This document shows, in pieces, positions 1 to 10,044 of a stretch of DNA of 64,000 nucleotides. Source of the stretch: Acidimicrobiia bacterium (GTDB lineage Bacteria > Actinomycetota > Acidimicrobiia > Spongiisociales > Spongiisociaceae). The translations under genes were made by a program, and so were the position numbers. The notes beneath the pieces were generated by a model. It ran no database searches and was not told where the DNA came from. It worked only from the letters and a program-made list of their open reading frames with translations. The stretch spans positions 15,842 through 79,841 of the forward strand of contig JAJEIM010000006.1 in NCBI GenBank assembly GCA_022827785.1, written 5' to 3'. Numbering within the stretch: position 1 is the stretch's first letter; the number at the start of each line of letters is the position of its first letter.

Positions 1-503
1 GCGGCGTCGTCCACCAGGTGGTCGACCTCTTCCCGTTCCCCTGCTGAGAACCGGCTCAGAACGTAGTCGGCCGGATCCATCCGTCCGGGCGGGCGCCCGA
101 TACCGAGCTTGAGGCGCCAGAAATCAGTGGTTCCGAGCGATCCGGCTATCGAACGCACCCCGTTGTGGCCGCCGTGGCCATGGCCTGATCGGAGCCTGAG
201 CCGGCCGAAGGGCAGGTCGATGTCGTCATGGATTACCAGCAGATCCTCCGGTGCCACCCTGTAGTAGCCGATCAGCCCCCGGACCGGTGGCCCGGAAACG
301 TTCATGGAGACGGTCGGGACGGCCAGCAGCGCGGGATCGGAGCCGATGCGGACCTGGGCAACCCGGCACCGGACTTGGCGCGGTCCCCGCCGTAGGCGGG
401 TCCCCGAGCGCTTCACCAGGGCGGCGATCACCTCGGCCCCGGCATTGTGGCGCGTACCCCGGTAGGCGGGTTCGGGGTTGTGGAGCCCCACGATCGCCGG
501 CAT
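1..503 (-). CDS. pth: peptidyl-tRNA hydrolase, truncated at the 3' end by the window edge
   Basis: Reverse-strand translation gives MPAIVGLHNPEPAYRGTRHNAGAEV...GHGGHNGVRS. These are the Pth motifs GLGNPGxxYxxTRHNxG and HGGHNG. The gene lies immediately downstream of rplY, the conserved rplY-pth pairing. Confidence 0.8.
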   Translation of the reverse strand, partial: MPAIVGLHNPEPAYRGTRHNAGAEVIAALVKRSGTRLRRGPRQVRCRVAQVRIGSDPALLAVPTVSMNVSGPPVRGLIGYYRVAPEDLLVIHDDIDLPFGRLRLRSGHGHGGHNGVRSIAGSLGTTDFWRLKLGIGRPPGRMDPADYVLSRFSAGEREEVDHLVDDA

Positions 504-532
504 GCTGTCCCTCTCGGTCGGGACCTTGTAGG

Positions 533-1186
533 TCAGGCGTCCTGTTCTGGTTCGGTCTCCGCCTCGTCGCCGTCGCCGACCAGCGCGAGATCCTCCTCGT
601 CCTCCTCGGCTTCTTCCTCGGCGAGGGCGATGGCCGGCAGGCTGACCACCAGGATCGGTTGGTCCGGATCGTCGAGGTACTCCACCCCGCTCGGAGTGGG
701 AAGGTCCGACAAGCGAAGGGTGTCGCCGACCCCCAGCCCGGAGATGTCAGCCCGGATCGACTCCGGGATGGCGGTCACCAGTGCCTTTACGGTCACCGTG
801 TTGGCGATCGTCTCGAGGATGCCGCCTCCTTCCCGGATTGCGGCCGGATCTCCTACCAGTTCGATGGCCACCACCGCTTCGACCTCGTCAGTGAGGGATA
901 TCTTGAGGAAGTCCAGGTGGATGATGTCTCCCCGGGTGGGGTGGCGCTGGAGTTGGCGGGCCAGGGAGGTGTGGGTCTCCTCCCCGATCTGGAGGTTGAT
1001 CACCGCGTTGAGACCGGCATCCGTGGTCAACGCCGAGCGAAGGTCGCGGGCGCTCACCGCGATCGAGAGAGACTCCGAACCCTGGCCGTAGAGCGTGGCG
1101 GGCACCATGCCCCGGCGCCGCAACCTTCGGGACGTTCTCGTGCCGGTTTCGCGACCGGTTTCGGCGCGCAGGATGACGTTCGACAT
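533..1186 (-). CDS. rplY: 50S ribosomal protein L25 / general stress protein Ctc
   Basis: The internal Met of the 533..1348 ORF begins MSNVILRAETGRETGTRTSRRLRRRGMVPATLYGQG, the L25/Ctc N-terminus. The acidic Glu/Asp-rich C-terminal tail is typical of actinobacterial Ctc. The part of the ORF upstream of this Met overlaps intergenic sequence. Confidence 0.85.
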   Translation of the reverse strand: MSNVILRAETGRETGTRTSRRLRRRGMVPATLYGQGSESLSIAVSARDLRSALTTDAGLNAVINLQIGEETHTSLARQLQRHPTRGDIIHLDFLKISLTDEVEAVVAIELVGDPAAIREGGGILETIANTVTVKALVTAIPESIRADISGLGVGDTLRLSDLPTPSGVEYLDDPDQPILVVSLPAIALAEEEAEEDEEDLALVGDGDEAETEPEQDA

Positions 1187-1304
1187 GGCAACTCCTCGGG
1201 AACACGGATGGGGGCGGACGACCGCCGGACCGGGCCTGCCATGAATCCAGCGGAGGCACGGGCACGGCAGGCCGGCTAAGGATAGCGCCGCCGCTCGTCC
1301 GTCA

Positions 1305-2315
1305 TCAAAGGCTCGCCGGATGTGACCGGACGTAGGCGCTGATCTCATCCTGGAGGGTCGCTTTACGGTCCTCCGGCAGGAAGGACGCCTCGACCGAGTT
1401 CCTCGCCAGCCGGACCATGTCCGCCCGGGTCAATTCGAGGGCTTCGGCGATCGCGAGGTAGTTATCGCCCACGTAGCCGCCGAAGTAGGCCGGGTCGTCC
1501 GAGTTCACCGTCACCAGCACCCCCGCGTCCATGAATCGTTTGAGGGGGTGCAGTCCGAGGTCGGGAAACACCTGGAGCCGCTGGTTCGATAGTGGACACA
1601 TGGTCAGGGGCACCCGCTCCCGGGCGAGCCGCTCCACCAGCTCCGGATCGTCCCAGGCCCTGACCCCATGGTCGACGCGCCGGGCGCCAAGGACATCCAG
1701 GGCTGAGCGGATGTATCCGGCCGGACCCTCCTCGCCGGCGTGGGCGACCGGGATGAGCCCGGCTTCGACCGCCAGGCGGTAGGGCTCGGCGAACAACTCC
1801 GGCGGGTTGCCCTTCTCGCCCGAGTCGAGACCCACGCCCTGGATGTGCCGAAGGTGGGGCCGGGCCGCCTCCAGCGTGTCGACGGCGGCCTCGGCAGGCA
1901 GGTGCCGCAGGAAGCACAGGATCAGCGTGGACGTGATGTCCGGTGCGGCATCATCCTGGGCGCTCACGAATCCCCGGATCACCGTGCCGATGTCAACGCC
2001 CCGTTCGGTATGGGTCTGGGGATCGAAGAAGACTTCGGCGTGGCGTACCCCGTCGTCCACCGCCCGGGCCAGGTAGGCGGACATCAGGTCCGCGAAGTCT
2101 TCTTCCGTCCGGAGCACCGCGGCGGACTGGTAGTAGATGTCGAGGAAGGACTGCAGGTCGGCGAATGCGTAAGCCGCCTCGACTTCCTCGACCGAGCCGT
2201 ACGGCAGCGCCACCCCGTTGCGTCGGGCCAGGTCGAACATCATCCGCGCCTCGAGGGTGCCTTCGATGTGGATGTGCAGCTCCGTCTTCGGCAGGCCCCG
2301 TACGAACCTTTCCAT
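1305..2315 (-). CDS. adenine deaminase, ADA superfamily, eukaryote-like Aah1 type
   Basis: Starting at the internal Met MERFVRGLPKTELHIHIEGTLE, the protein matches yeast Aah1 block by block: HIHIEGTLE, HAEVFFDPQTHTERG, TMCPLSNQRLQVF and NSDDPAYFGGYVGDNY. The 1305..2825 ORF upstream of this Met overlaps the permease gene in another frame. Confidence 0.85.
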   Translation of the reverse strand: MERFVRGLPKTELHIHIEGTLEARMMFDLARRNGVALPYGSVEEVEAAYAFADLQSFLDIYYQSAAVLRTEEDFADLMSAYLARAVDDGVRHAEVFFDPQTHTERGVDIGTVIRGFVSAQDDAAPDITSTLILCFLRHLPAEAAVDTLEAARPHLRHIQGVGLDSGEKGNPPELFAEPYRLAVEAGLIPVAHAGEEGPAGYIRSALDVLGARRVDHGVRAWDDPELVERLARERVPLTMCPLSNQRLQVFPDLGLHPLKRFMDAGVLVTVNSDDPAYFGGYVGDNYLAIAEALELTRADMVRLARNSVEASFLPEDRKATLQDEISAYVRSHPASL

Positions 2316-2398
2316 GTCCTTCACCTCCCTCCCACCGTATACGAGGAGAGGGCGCCGGACGGCGCCCTCTCCCGAGTCGTTGGATGGTCGATCATCGA

Positions 2399-3724
2399 TC
2401 AGAGATAGGCGCTGATCCAGTCTTGGAGGAAGTAGACCAGGCATGCTGCTGAGACGATCCACATCAGGACGTGGACCTGGGCGGCCTTGCCCTTCACGAT
2501 CTTGATCAGGGTATGCGTCAGGAACCCTGCCGCGATGCCCACGGTGATCGAATAGGTCAACGGCATCAGGATCACTGCCAGCAACGCCGGCAGTCCCTCT
2601 TCCAGATCGGTGAAGTCGATCTTCTTCAGGAGGCCCACCATCAGGAACCCGATCAGGATCAGAACCGGAGCCGTGGCCTGGCTGGGTACCAGCAGCGCCA
2701 GAGGCGACAGGACGATGGCGATCAGGAACAGCACGCCCGTAACCACGGACGTCAGGCCGGTCCTGCCTCCCTCGGCTACTCCCGCCGAACTCTCGATATA
2801 GCTGGTGTTGGAGCTGACCCCGCACAGTCCGCCGAGCGCCGCGCCAAGCGAGTCCACCAGGAGCAGCTCGCGGAGCTTGGGAATCCGACCTTCCTTGTCG
2901 GTCAGGCCGGCTTGCTCGGAGATGGCGGTGGCGGTTCCCATCGTGTCGAAGAAGTCGGTCAGCATGAAGGTGAAGATCGTGAGAATGGCCGCTAGCGCGC
3001 CCATTTCAGCGAACACGTTCCCCATGTCGACGGCGCCGATGGTCGAGAAGCTCACGCTGGCCGAAAGGTTGGACGGCAGGTCGATCACGTCCAGGATCAG
3101 CGCCACGATGGTGGTGAGGATGATCGTGATGATCATCGCTCCCTTCACCTTACGGGCCATCAGCACGAGCGCGATCAGCACCCCGACCAGGGTGGTACCC
3201 GCGGCATACGAATTCGGGAACACGAACTCCACGATGGCGCCGCCGCTCCGCACCAGGCCCCCGTTGACCAGGCCGATGAAGAGGATGAACAGGCCGATGC
3301 CTACCCCGATGGAGTACTTCAGGCTGTCGGGGATCGCCTCCATCACCGCCTCCCGCAGGCCGAGCACGACCAGGATGGTGACAAGGATGCCCTCCCACAG
3401 GATCACGCCCATGGCGCCTTCCGCAGTGAGCCCGTCCGTCAGTACCAAGCCGAACGCTACGGCCGCGTTGATTCCCAACCCGGCCGCCAGCGCGATCGGA
3501 TGGTTGGCGACCACCCCCATGGCGATGGATAGCACCCCCGCCACCAGGGCCGTACCGGCGGCTACCGCAACCGGATCGAGGCCGGTGGCGCCGAGGATGT
3601 CGGCGTTGACGAACAGGATGTAGGCCATTACCAGGAAAGTGGTGACTCCTGCGCGGACCTCGGTGCCTACTGACGATCCGCGTTCGGAGACTTTGAAGTA
3701 ACTGTCAAGTCCCGTTTGGGCCAT
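2399..3724 (-). CDS. NCS2/AzgA-family purine permease for adenine, hypoxanthine or guanine
   Basis: 441-aa polytopic membrane protein of the AzgA/PbuG type (MAQTGLDSYFKVSERGSSVGTEVRAGVTTFLVMAYILFVNADIL...). It sits directly upstream of the adenine deaminase on the same strand. Confidence 0.85.
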   Translation of the reverse strand: MAQTGLDSYFKVSERGSSVGTEVRAGVTTFLVMAYILFVNADILGATGLDPVAVAAGTALVAGVLSIAMGVVANHPIALAAGLGINAAVAFGLVLTDGLTAEGAMGVILWEGILVTILVVLGLREAVMEAIPDSLKYSIGVGIGLFILFIGLVNGGLVRSGGAIVEFVFPNSYAAGTTLVGVLIALVLMARKVKGAMIITIILTTIVALILDVIDLPSNLSASVSFSTIGAVDMGNVFAEMGALAAILTIFTFMLTDFFDTMGTATAISEQAGLTDKEGRIPKLRELLLVDSLGAALGGLCGVSSNTSYIESSAGVAEGGRTGLTSVVTGVLFLIAIVLSPLALLVPSQATAPVLILIGFLMVGLLKKIDFTDLEEGLPALLAVILMPLTYSITVGIAAGFLTHTLIKIVKGKAAQVHVLMWIVSAACLVYFLQDWISAYL

Positions 3725-3916
3725 TGCTCCTCCCTTCAGAGTCAGGTGGGTGCTCCACCTGACATCGTTTCCAGGTTAGTGCAAGCACCCTCAACGCGCC
3801 GGGTAAACCGACCGAATCCAGGCCAGGGGTCGCATCGCGCGCCGTGGGCATCGCCCGTGGCATGGAGCCCCGGGAGGAAGAGGCTGCGGGGAAGGTTCAG
3901 TGCCGCTTCAGTCCGG

Positions 3917-5104
3917 CTACAGGGTGTCGCCCGTCTCCGGATCGAAGAAGTGCAGTTTGGCGGTGTCAACCACCAACTCGGCTGATTGTCCGACTCGGGG
4001 AGCGTGGTCGGGGTTGACCCGGGCGGTGAACTTGGTCTCGTCGCCCAACGCACCGGCATCCGTACCCTCCTCGGCCAGCAAGGCCTCGATGTCAGCGGTT
4101 ATCACCGGCCGGACCGGCACCGCGAAGTGGACGTAGGCCTCGGAGCCGAGTTGCTCCACGAGGGAAGCGGCCACGGTCATTGCGCTCCCTCCGGCGCCGG
4201 CCGCCGACCTGATCTCGAAGGCCTCCGGCCGCACGCCGACCACGATCTCGCGTCCGGACCGCTGCGCCAGCCCGTCGGGGAGGGCGGCGGAGTCCACGGC
4301 CAGGCTGTGGCCGCCGAAGTCGAGCGTGGTGGACGTCCCGTCGGCGCCCACCGTCGCGTAGACGAAGTTCATGGCGGGCGAGCCGATGAAGCCGGCCACG
4401 AACAGGTTGCGGGGATGGTCATAGAGTTCCCGCGGAGCCGCTATCTGCTGGAGATTGGACTCGGTGTCCGAGATCGCCTTCAGGACCGCTACCCGGTCGC
4501 CCATGGTCATCGCCTCCACCTGGTCGTGGGTGACGTAGAGGGTGGTGGTGCCGAGCCGGGAGTGCAGGAGGCCCAGTTCCGAGCGCATCTGGACCCGCAG
4601 CTTGGCGTCGAGATTGGACAGGGGCTCGTCCATCAGGAAGGCGGCCGGCTCCCGCACGATGGCCCGGCCCATGGCCACCCGCTGCCGCTGGCCGCCGGAC
4701 AGGGCCTTGGGCTTGCGGTCCAGGTAGTCGGTGATCTCCAGGATGCGGGCCGCCTCGCCGACCCGTTCCTCGATCTCCTTCTTGGGGGTCTTTCTCAGCT
4801 TCAGGCCGAAGGCCATGTTGTCCCGCACCGTCATGTGTGGGTAGAGGGCGTAGTTCTGGAAGACCATGGCGATGTCGCGGTCCTTGGGGGCCACGTCGTT
4901 GACCACCCGGTCCCCGATCATGATCTTGCCCTCGGTTATGTCCTCGAGGCCGGCCACCATCCGCAACAGCGTGGACTTGCCGCATCCGGACGGTCCTACG
5001 AGCACCACGAACTCGCCGTCGGCGATGTCGATCGACACGTCCGCAATGGCCCTCGTCTCGCCGCCGTAGATCTTGCCGACCGCATCGAATGTGATTCCAG
5101 CCAT
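3917..5104 (-). CDS. msiK: sugar ABC transporter ATP-binding protein, MalK/UgpC/MsiK type
   Basis: Walker [10 protein letters not shown], signature LSGGQRQR, Walker [12 protein letters not shown], and a C-terminal TOBE/MalK regulatory domain. No permease or substrate-binding genes are adjacent, the MsiK-like arrangement common in actinobacteria. Confidence 0.85.
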   Translation of the reverse strand: MAGITFDAVGKIYGGETRAIADVSIDIADGEFVVLVGPSGCGKSTLLRMVAGLEDITEGKIMIGDRVVNDVAPKDRDIAMVFQNYALYPHMTVRDNMAFGLKLRKTPKKEIEERVGEAARILEITDYLDRKPKALSGGQRQRVAMGRAIVREPAAFLMDEPLSNLDAKLRVQMRSELGLLHSRLGTTTLYVTHDQVEAMTMGDRVAVLKAISDTESNLQQIAAPRELYDHPRNLFVAGFIGSPAMNFVYATVGADGTSTTLDFGGHSLAVDSAALPDGLAQRSGREIVVGVRPEAFEIRSAAGAGGSAMTVAASLVEQLGSEAYVHFAVPVRPVITADIEALLAEEGTDAGALGDETKFTARVNPDHAPRVGQSAELVVDTAKLHFFDPETGDTL

Positions 5105-5170
5105 CTTCCGTCCTCTTCGGGGCCTTCGACCATACCACTACCCCGGTAGGCATGGCCGTGTCGAACCGGG

Positions 5171-6388
5171 TCAAACCCGGGCCCGTGTCCTCCTCAGCAA
5201 CGGCTCGGCCAGCGCCAGGATCCGGTCGGCGGCGCCCAGCACCCTGCCCGCCGCGCCCGGTGTCTCCGAATCCACGAGGTTGCCCATGACCCGCAGGGTG
5301 ATGCGGGCGATGGCCTGAGTGCCGACCGCGACCCGCAATCCCGCGTTGAGGATGGCGGGGTGGCCTATCAGCAGGGAGAACCGCCGGCCGGTGCGCAGGA
5401 ACGCGTCGAAGCGCTCGCTCACCACCCGGTCGTACCGCTCGGGCGCCGTGGCAGGATCCTCGACGAACAGGTCGGCGGCGACAATGCCTGATTCCAGCCC
5501 GTAGTCGATGCCCTCGCCGTTCATCGGGTTGACGAGTCCGGCTGCGTCACCCACCGCGACCCAGCCCGGACCGTGCCTGCGGACCGAGCTCATGGGAAGG
5601 CGCCAGGCCCGCGGGCGCTCCAGGTAGGGCCCGAGCGCCCAGGAGTCCCGCACCTGGGCGTGGTAGGAATCGAGAAGCGAGTTCAGGTTGAGGCGGCTGA
5701 AATGCTTCATCGTGGACAGGGATCCGGCGCCTATGTTGACGGTCCCATCCCCGGCAGGGAAGATCCAGCCGTAGCCGGGCACCGCGTTGCCCTCGGGGTC
5801 ACGCATCGTCAGGCAGGCTTCGATGTAGCGCTCGGCGTGACGGGGAGATGCTGCGTAGCTGCGGATCGCCACCCCGTAGGGCTCGTCGGCCACCCGGGTA
5901 GCGCCCAGCAGGCGGGCGGCCGCGCCGGGCGCCCCGGTGGCGGCCACCACCATTCCCGCCTCCCAGCGGCGGCCGCCGGCTTCGACCCCCACTACACGGG
6001 TCCCTTCGAAGACGGGTAGGGCTTCGGTATCCCAGATCACGCGCGCGCCGGCCTCGGTGGCGGCGTCCACGAGGGCGGCGTCCAGCTTGCGACGGGGCCA
6101 GACCGCGCCGTGAGCCGGGAAGCGGCTTGTCCCGGGCCAGCGCAGCGTCCGTTCGGTGCTTCCGGCGATTATCCGAAGGCCTTCGATGAGGTGGGAGGCG
6201 CCGAGGTCGATGCCCAACTCGCCGAGGGCGCCTACGGCCCGGGGGGTGAGCCCGTCGCCGCAGGCCTTGTCGCGGCCATAGGGAGCCCGGTCGAAGACCA
6301 CCGTCCTGACGCCCTGGCGAGCGGCCCGGATGGCGGTGGCGGCGCCCGCGGGTCCGGCGCCGATGACGACTAGATCCACGGCTTCCAT
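5171..6388 (-). CDS. FAD-dependent oxidoreductase, geranylgeranyl reductase family
   Basis: DLVVIGAGPAGAATA Rossmann dinucleotide motif, GDGL motif, and about 400 aa overall. The start is placed at the internal MEAVDLVV. The first 21 codons of the track ORF are probably not translated. Confidence 0.7.
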   Translation of the reverse strand: MEAVDLVVIGAGPAGAATAIRAARQGVRTVVFDRAPYGRDKACGDGLTPRAVGALGELGIDLGASHLIEGLRIIAGSTERTLRWPGTSRFPAHGAVWPRRKLDAALVDAATEAGARVIWDTEALPVFEGTRVVGVEAGGRRWEAGMVVAATGAPGAAARLLGATRVADEPYGVAIRSYAASPRHAERYIEACLTMRDPEGNAVPGYGWIFPAGDGTVNIGAGSLSTMKHFSRLNLNSLLDSYHAQVRDSWALGPYLERPRAWRLPMSSVRRHGPGWVAVGDAAGLVNPMNGEGIDYGLESGIVAADLFVEDPATAPERYDRVVSERFDAFLRTGRRFSLLIGHPAILNAGLRVAVGTQAIARITLRVMGNLVDSETPGAAGRVLGAADRILALAEPLLRRTRARV

Positions 6389-6482
6389 GCCGGTGGAGGC
6401 TACCGGCGCGCTGCTACCACCTCCGCAGGGCTCGAGCGGCCGCTGCTGCATCGTCGGAGAGAGGGGAGCTGCCGCGCGGGTA

Positions 6483-7550
6483 TCAGCCTGCGTTCACCTG
6501 TATCTCGGTGGCCTTGACCGACAACCACACCTCCGATCCGGGCGCCAGGTTCAGGCCCGTCTGGGCATCAGGGGTGATCTCTGCGGTTACCGGCAGCGGA
6601 TGACCGGTCTGGACGCGGACCCGATCGGCGTGGTGGTCGATCCGCTCGATCCTGGTAGGCCAGGAGTTGCGCGGGCTCCCTCCCGGCCGTTCGAGATGGA
6701 TGGAGATGGCGCGGGGATGGATGGTGGCGATCACCTGGCCCGATGCCGCTTCGGGGACCAACAGCCGGTGTTTTCCGACGGTCAGGACCCGTCCCGAGGC
6801 GGTTCCCACCACCAGGTTGACCCCCGCCAGGTCGGCCGCGTAGGGACTGGCGGGACGGAGCCGGACCTGGTCGGCGCTGCCCTCCTGCGCCACCGAGCCG
6901 TTCTCGAGCACGATCAACCGGTCGGCCAGCAGGAAGGCCTCGGTGGGGTCGTGGGTGATCAGCAGGCTCGGTCCAGGGAATCCGGCCAGATGGTCCTGGA
7001 GCAGCCGGCGCAGTCCGGCCCTTGAACTGACGTCGAGGGCGGAGAACGGCTCGTCCAGCAACAGCATGGAGGGTTCGGTTATCAATGCCCGGGCCAGGGC
7101 CACCCGCTGCCGCTGGCCTCCCGACAGGCGACCCGGCCGGTGGTCGGACAGCTGATCGAGGCCCACCGCCTCCAGCCACCCGGCGGCGCGCCGGCGGGCC
7201 TCTCGGCGGGGAACCCCGCGGGAGCGGAGCCCGAACGCCACGTTCTCCAGCGCGCTCAGATGGGGGAACAGCACGCCGTCCTGGAACATCACACCGATCC
7301 GGCGTTCCGCCGGTCCTACGAGGGTCCCGGTGGCCGGGTCGTCGAGAACCCGATCATCGAGCCGGATGTAGCCCCGGTCGAGCGGCACCAGACCGGCCAG
7401 CGCTCCCACTGCTGTGGTCTTGCCCGCTCCGTTCGGGCCGAGCAGGGCCACCGTCTGCCCGGGATCGATGCCCAGAGCCATGTCCAGATGGAAGCCTGAC
7501 CGTTCCATCGTCAGGCGTGAGTCCAAGCCGGTTCTCATCCGTTTCGCCAC
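6483..7550 (-). CDS. modC: molybdate ABC transporter ATP-binding protein with C-terminal MOP/TOBE domain
   Basis: [24 protein letters not shown] and LLLDEPFSALD motifs, plus a C-terminal molybdate-binding domain. It is last in the modA-modB-modC gene order. The start may instead be the internal MERSG at 7508. Confidence 0.85.
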   Translation of the reverse strand: MAKRMRTGLDSRLTMERSGFHLDMALGIDPGQTVALLGPNGAGKTTAVGALAGLVPLDRGYIRLDDRVLDDPATGTLVGPAERRIGVMFQDGVLFPHLSALENVAFGLRSRGVPRREARRRAAGWLEAVGLDQLSDHRPGRLSGGQRQRVALARALITEPSMLLLDEPFSALDVSSRAGLRRLLQDHLAGFPGPSLLITHDPTEAFLLADRLIVLENGSVAQEGSADQVRLRPASPYAADLAGVNLVVGTASGRVLTVGKHRLLVPEAASGQVIATIHPRAISIHLERPGGSPRNSWPTRIERIDHHADRVRVQTGHPLPVTAEITPDAQTGLNLAPGSEVWLSVKATEIQVNAG

Positions 7551-8377
7551 CAGTGGTCCCGCAGAGCGACGATCACGGCCAGCGAGACGACCACCATCAC
7601 CAGGCTGAGCGCCAGTGCGGTGTCCCGGTCGCTTTCGAGGGCGACGAATACCGCCAGGGGCAGCGTCTGCGTGCGTCCCTGGAGGTTGCCGGCGAAGGTC
7701 AGGGTCGCCCCGAACTCACCGAGGGCCCGCGCCCAGGTCAGGGCGATGCCGGCCACGACCGACGGGGCGATCATGGGGATCGTTACCCGGCGGAGCACGG
7801 TCCACCGGCCGGCGCCGAGCGTCTCGGCGGCCCGCTCGAAGCGGTGGTCCAGGCCGCGGAGCGCACCCTCCACGGTGAGCACCATCAAGGGCATCGCCAC
7901 GAACACCCCCGCCAGGATCACCCCGCCGGTCGAGAACGGCAGGACGATCCCGGTGGCCTCGTACAGCGGGGATCCCACCAGGCCGCGCCGTCCCAGGGCG
8001 AATAGCAGGGCTGCCCCTCCCACCACGGGCGGCAGAACCATCGGAAGCAGCACGAGACCCCGGACGAGGGAGCGCCCGGGAAACTCGTAGCGGCACAGTA
8101 TCCAGGCCACGGGCACACCTAGGAACAGGGAGATGATCGCCGCGCTGACCGAGGAGATGGCGGACAGCCTTAGGGCTTCGAGGGCCATGTCGGAGCCGAG
8201 CAGGGTTGCCAGCCGGCTCCACGGGGCGCGGCCGAGAAGGCCCAGCACCGGCAGGGCGAACAGAGCCAGCCCGATGGCGGCCGGGACGGCGATGAACGCG
8301 GGTGGCCGGCGAGCCGGTCTGAACCGGCTCCCGCTCCGGCGGGAGGTCCCGATGCTGTCCTGGTGGTCTTCTGTCAT
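7535..8377 (-). CDS. modB: molybdate ABC transporter permease
   Basis: ABC permease with the EAA-like loop ARALGEFGATLTFAGN and six TM segments. The start is placed at the internal MTEDHQDS. It lies between modA and modC. Confidence 0.85.
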   Translation of the reverse strand: MTEDHQDSIGTSRRSGSRFRPARRPPAFIAVPAAIGLALFALPVLGLLGRAPWSRLATLLGSDMALEALRLSAISSVSAAIISLFLGVPVAWILCRYEFPGRSLVRGLVLLPMVLPPVVGGAALLFALGRRGLVGSPLYEATGIVLPFSTGGVILAGVFVAMPLMVLTVEGALRGLDHRFERAAETLGAGRWTVLRRVTIPMIAPSVVAGIALTWARALGEFGATLTFAGNLQGRTQTLPLAVFVALESDRDTALALSLVMVVVSLAVIVALRDHWWRNG

Positions 8378-8435
8378 CAAACCTGATTGCTCATGTTCTC
8401 GATACACCTGGGCTCCGGTGGTTGTCCGGGCACCG

Positions 8436-9188
8436 TCAGGGGAGTTCGAACCCGTGCCGGCCCAGGAGCACACGTCCCTCGTCCGACAGCACGTAGGCAA
8501 CGAAGGCCGTCGCGGCTTCCGGGTGGGACGTGCCGGACATTATCGCGACCGGGTAGTCCGTCGTGACGTTGTAAACCTCCGGGATGGCGATGGCGATCAC
8601 GCCGTCCGCGCCCCGGACATCGGTGGCATAGACGATGCCGGTATCGAGTTCCCCTCGCTCGACCTTGGTGAGCAGGGCGCGCACGTTGGGCTCCTCGGTA
8701 TCGGGTCGGGCCGTGACCCCGGCCTTCAGAAGAATCTGGCGGGTGAATCGACCGCATGGCACCGTCTCGGCGCACAATCCCACCAGCAACTCCGGCCGGG
8801 CCAGGTCGTCCAGGCCGGTCACCCCTCCCGGGTTCCCGGCGGGAACGGCGATGGTCATTGTGTTGCGAGCGAAGACACGAGCGCTGCCGCTGACGAGGCC
8901 GGCGGCGCGTACTTCTTCCATGATGGCCACGTTCGCCGGAGCGAAGGCGTCCACCGGCGCCCTCGCCAGGATCTGCTCCCGCAGTAGCGAGCTACCTCCC
9001 AGGTTGAGGACCACGTCGATGCCGGGATGGGCTTCCTCGAAGGCCGCTTCGATGTCCCGGAAGGCGTCGGTTAGCGAGGACGCCGCCGCCACCAGCACCT
9101 CGACGCGGTCGGAACCCCGGGTGCCCGCTCCCGCGCAGGAGACGAAGAGCAGGATGGCAAAGGATCCGGCAATGAGCCGTCGGGCCAT
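8436..9188 (-). CDS. modA: molybdate ABC transporter substrate-binding lipoprotein
   Basis: Signal peptide with lipobox (LLFVSCAG), followed by a ModA-fold periplasmic binding protein sequence (VLVAAASSLTDAF...IVYATDV). Confidence 0.85.
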   Translation of the reverse strand: MARRLIAGSFAILLFVSCAGAGTRGSDRVEVLVAAASSLTDAFRDIEAAFEEAHPGIDVVLNLGGSSLLREQILARAPVDAFAPANVAIMEEVRAAGLVSGSARVFARNTMTIAVPAGNPGGVTGLDDLARPELLVGLCAETVPCGRFTRQILLKAGVTARPDTEEPNVRALLTKVERGELDTGIVYATDVRGADGVIAIAIPEVYNVTTDYPVAIMSGTSHPEAATAFVAYVLSDEGRVLLGRHGFELP

Positions 9189-9270
9189 TGGGTGGAAAGC
9201 CTTCCGAGTCGGGGTACGGCCGAGCCTATCGGTGGGATCGGGGCAGGGTAACGTGACCGGAATGGTAAGG

Positions 9271-10041
9271 ACGGCGGCGCGCCACGATCATGACGCCGGA
9301 GGAGACCCGGCTCTCCTCGCCGCCAAGGCTTCGCTCCGTGAGATGGTGTGGGACCGTCTTTCGGCCGGAGGGATCGCCCGGTTTCCGGGTGCTCGGAACC
9401 GGATCTCCAACTTCGTAGGAGCAGAAGCGGCGGCCGAGCGGTTGCGCGGCACCCGGGCGTGGCGGGAATCGGGCACGCTGAAGTCCAACCCCGACTCGCC
9501 CCAGTGGCCGGTCCGCCAGCGGGCGCTGGAGGATGGGAAGCTGGTCTTCATGGCGGTGCCCCGGCTGGCCGAGCCGGAGCCGTTCTTCTGTCTGGATCCC
9601 GATTGCCTGGCCGACTCTCCCAGGGCGGCCTCATCCATCAAGGGCGCCTCCCGCTCGGCCCGCACCGTCCCGATCGAGGACATGGAGCCGGTTGACCTGG
9701 TGATCACGGGGTGCGTGGCCGTCGACCCGGCCGGAGCCCGGCTCGGGAAGGGCGGCGGCTTCAGCGACCTCGAGTACGCCCTGGCCTGGGAGGCGGGCCT
9801 CATCGGACCGGACACCGTGGTGGCCACCACTGTCCACGAGCTCCAGGTGCTGGAGGCGGATCGGATCCCGATGGCGGACCATGACCTCCGCCTGGACCTG
9901 ATCGTCACCCCCGATCGGGTGATCGCCTGCGAGGGGTTGCGTCCCGAACCCGGGCTGCGGTGGGGGGAACTGACCGAGGAGAAGATCGCGGCCATCCCCC
10001 TGCTGTCGGCGCTCCGCCCCGCCGACGCCCACAGCCCCTGA
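9271..10041 (+). CDS. 5-formyltetrahydrofolate cyclo-ligase family protein
   Basis: The C-terminal 250 aa of ORF 8635..10041 carry 5-FCL family blocks (LREMVWDRL...GKGGGFSDLEYA...GPDTVVATTVHELQV). The N-terminal part of that ORF is antisense to modA and is rejected. The start codon is uncertain (ATG 9271 or GTG 9253). Confidence 0.65.
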   Translation, partial: TAARHDHDAGGDPALLAAKASLREMVWDRLSAGGIARFPGARNRISNFVGAEAAAERLRGTRAWRESGTLKSNPDSPQWPVRQRALEDGKLVFMAVPRLAEPEPFFCLDPDCLADSPRAASSIKGASRSARTVPIEDMEPVDLVITGCVAVDPAGARLGKGGGFSDLEYALAWEAGLIGPDTVVATTVHELQVLEADRIPMADHDLRLDLIVTPDRVIACEGLRPEPGLRWGELTEEKIAAIPLLSALRPADAHSP

Positions 10042-10044
10042 GGG

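Noticed and set aside
6568-8222. Numerous 60-300-aa ORFs antisense or out of frame within modABC (e.g. 7085..8005, 6568..7179)
   Set aside because: Pro/Arg/Gly-rich low-complexity translations overlapping genes that carry canonical ABC transporter motifs.
9189-9270. Moco riboswitch upstream of modA
   Set aside because: Only about 80 nt separate modA from the divergent gene, too short for the approx 130-nt Moco aptamer, and no recognisable consensus.
8635-10041. 468-aa plus-strand ORF overlapping modA
   Set aside because: The first approx 210 codons are antisense to modA and Ser/Arg/Ala-rich. Only the C-terminal 5-FCL family domain is real.
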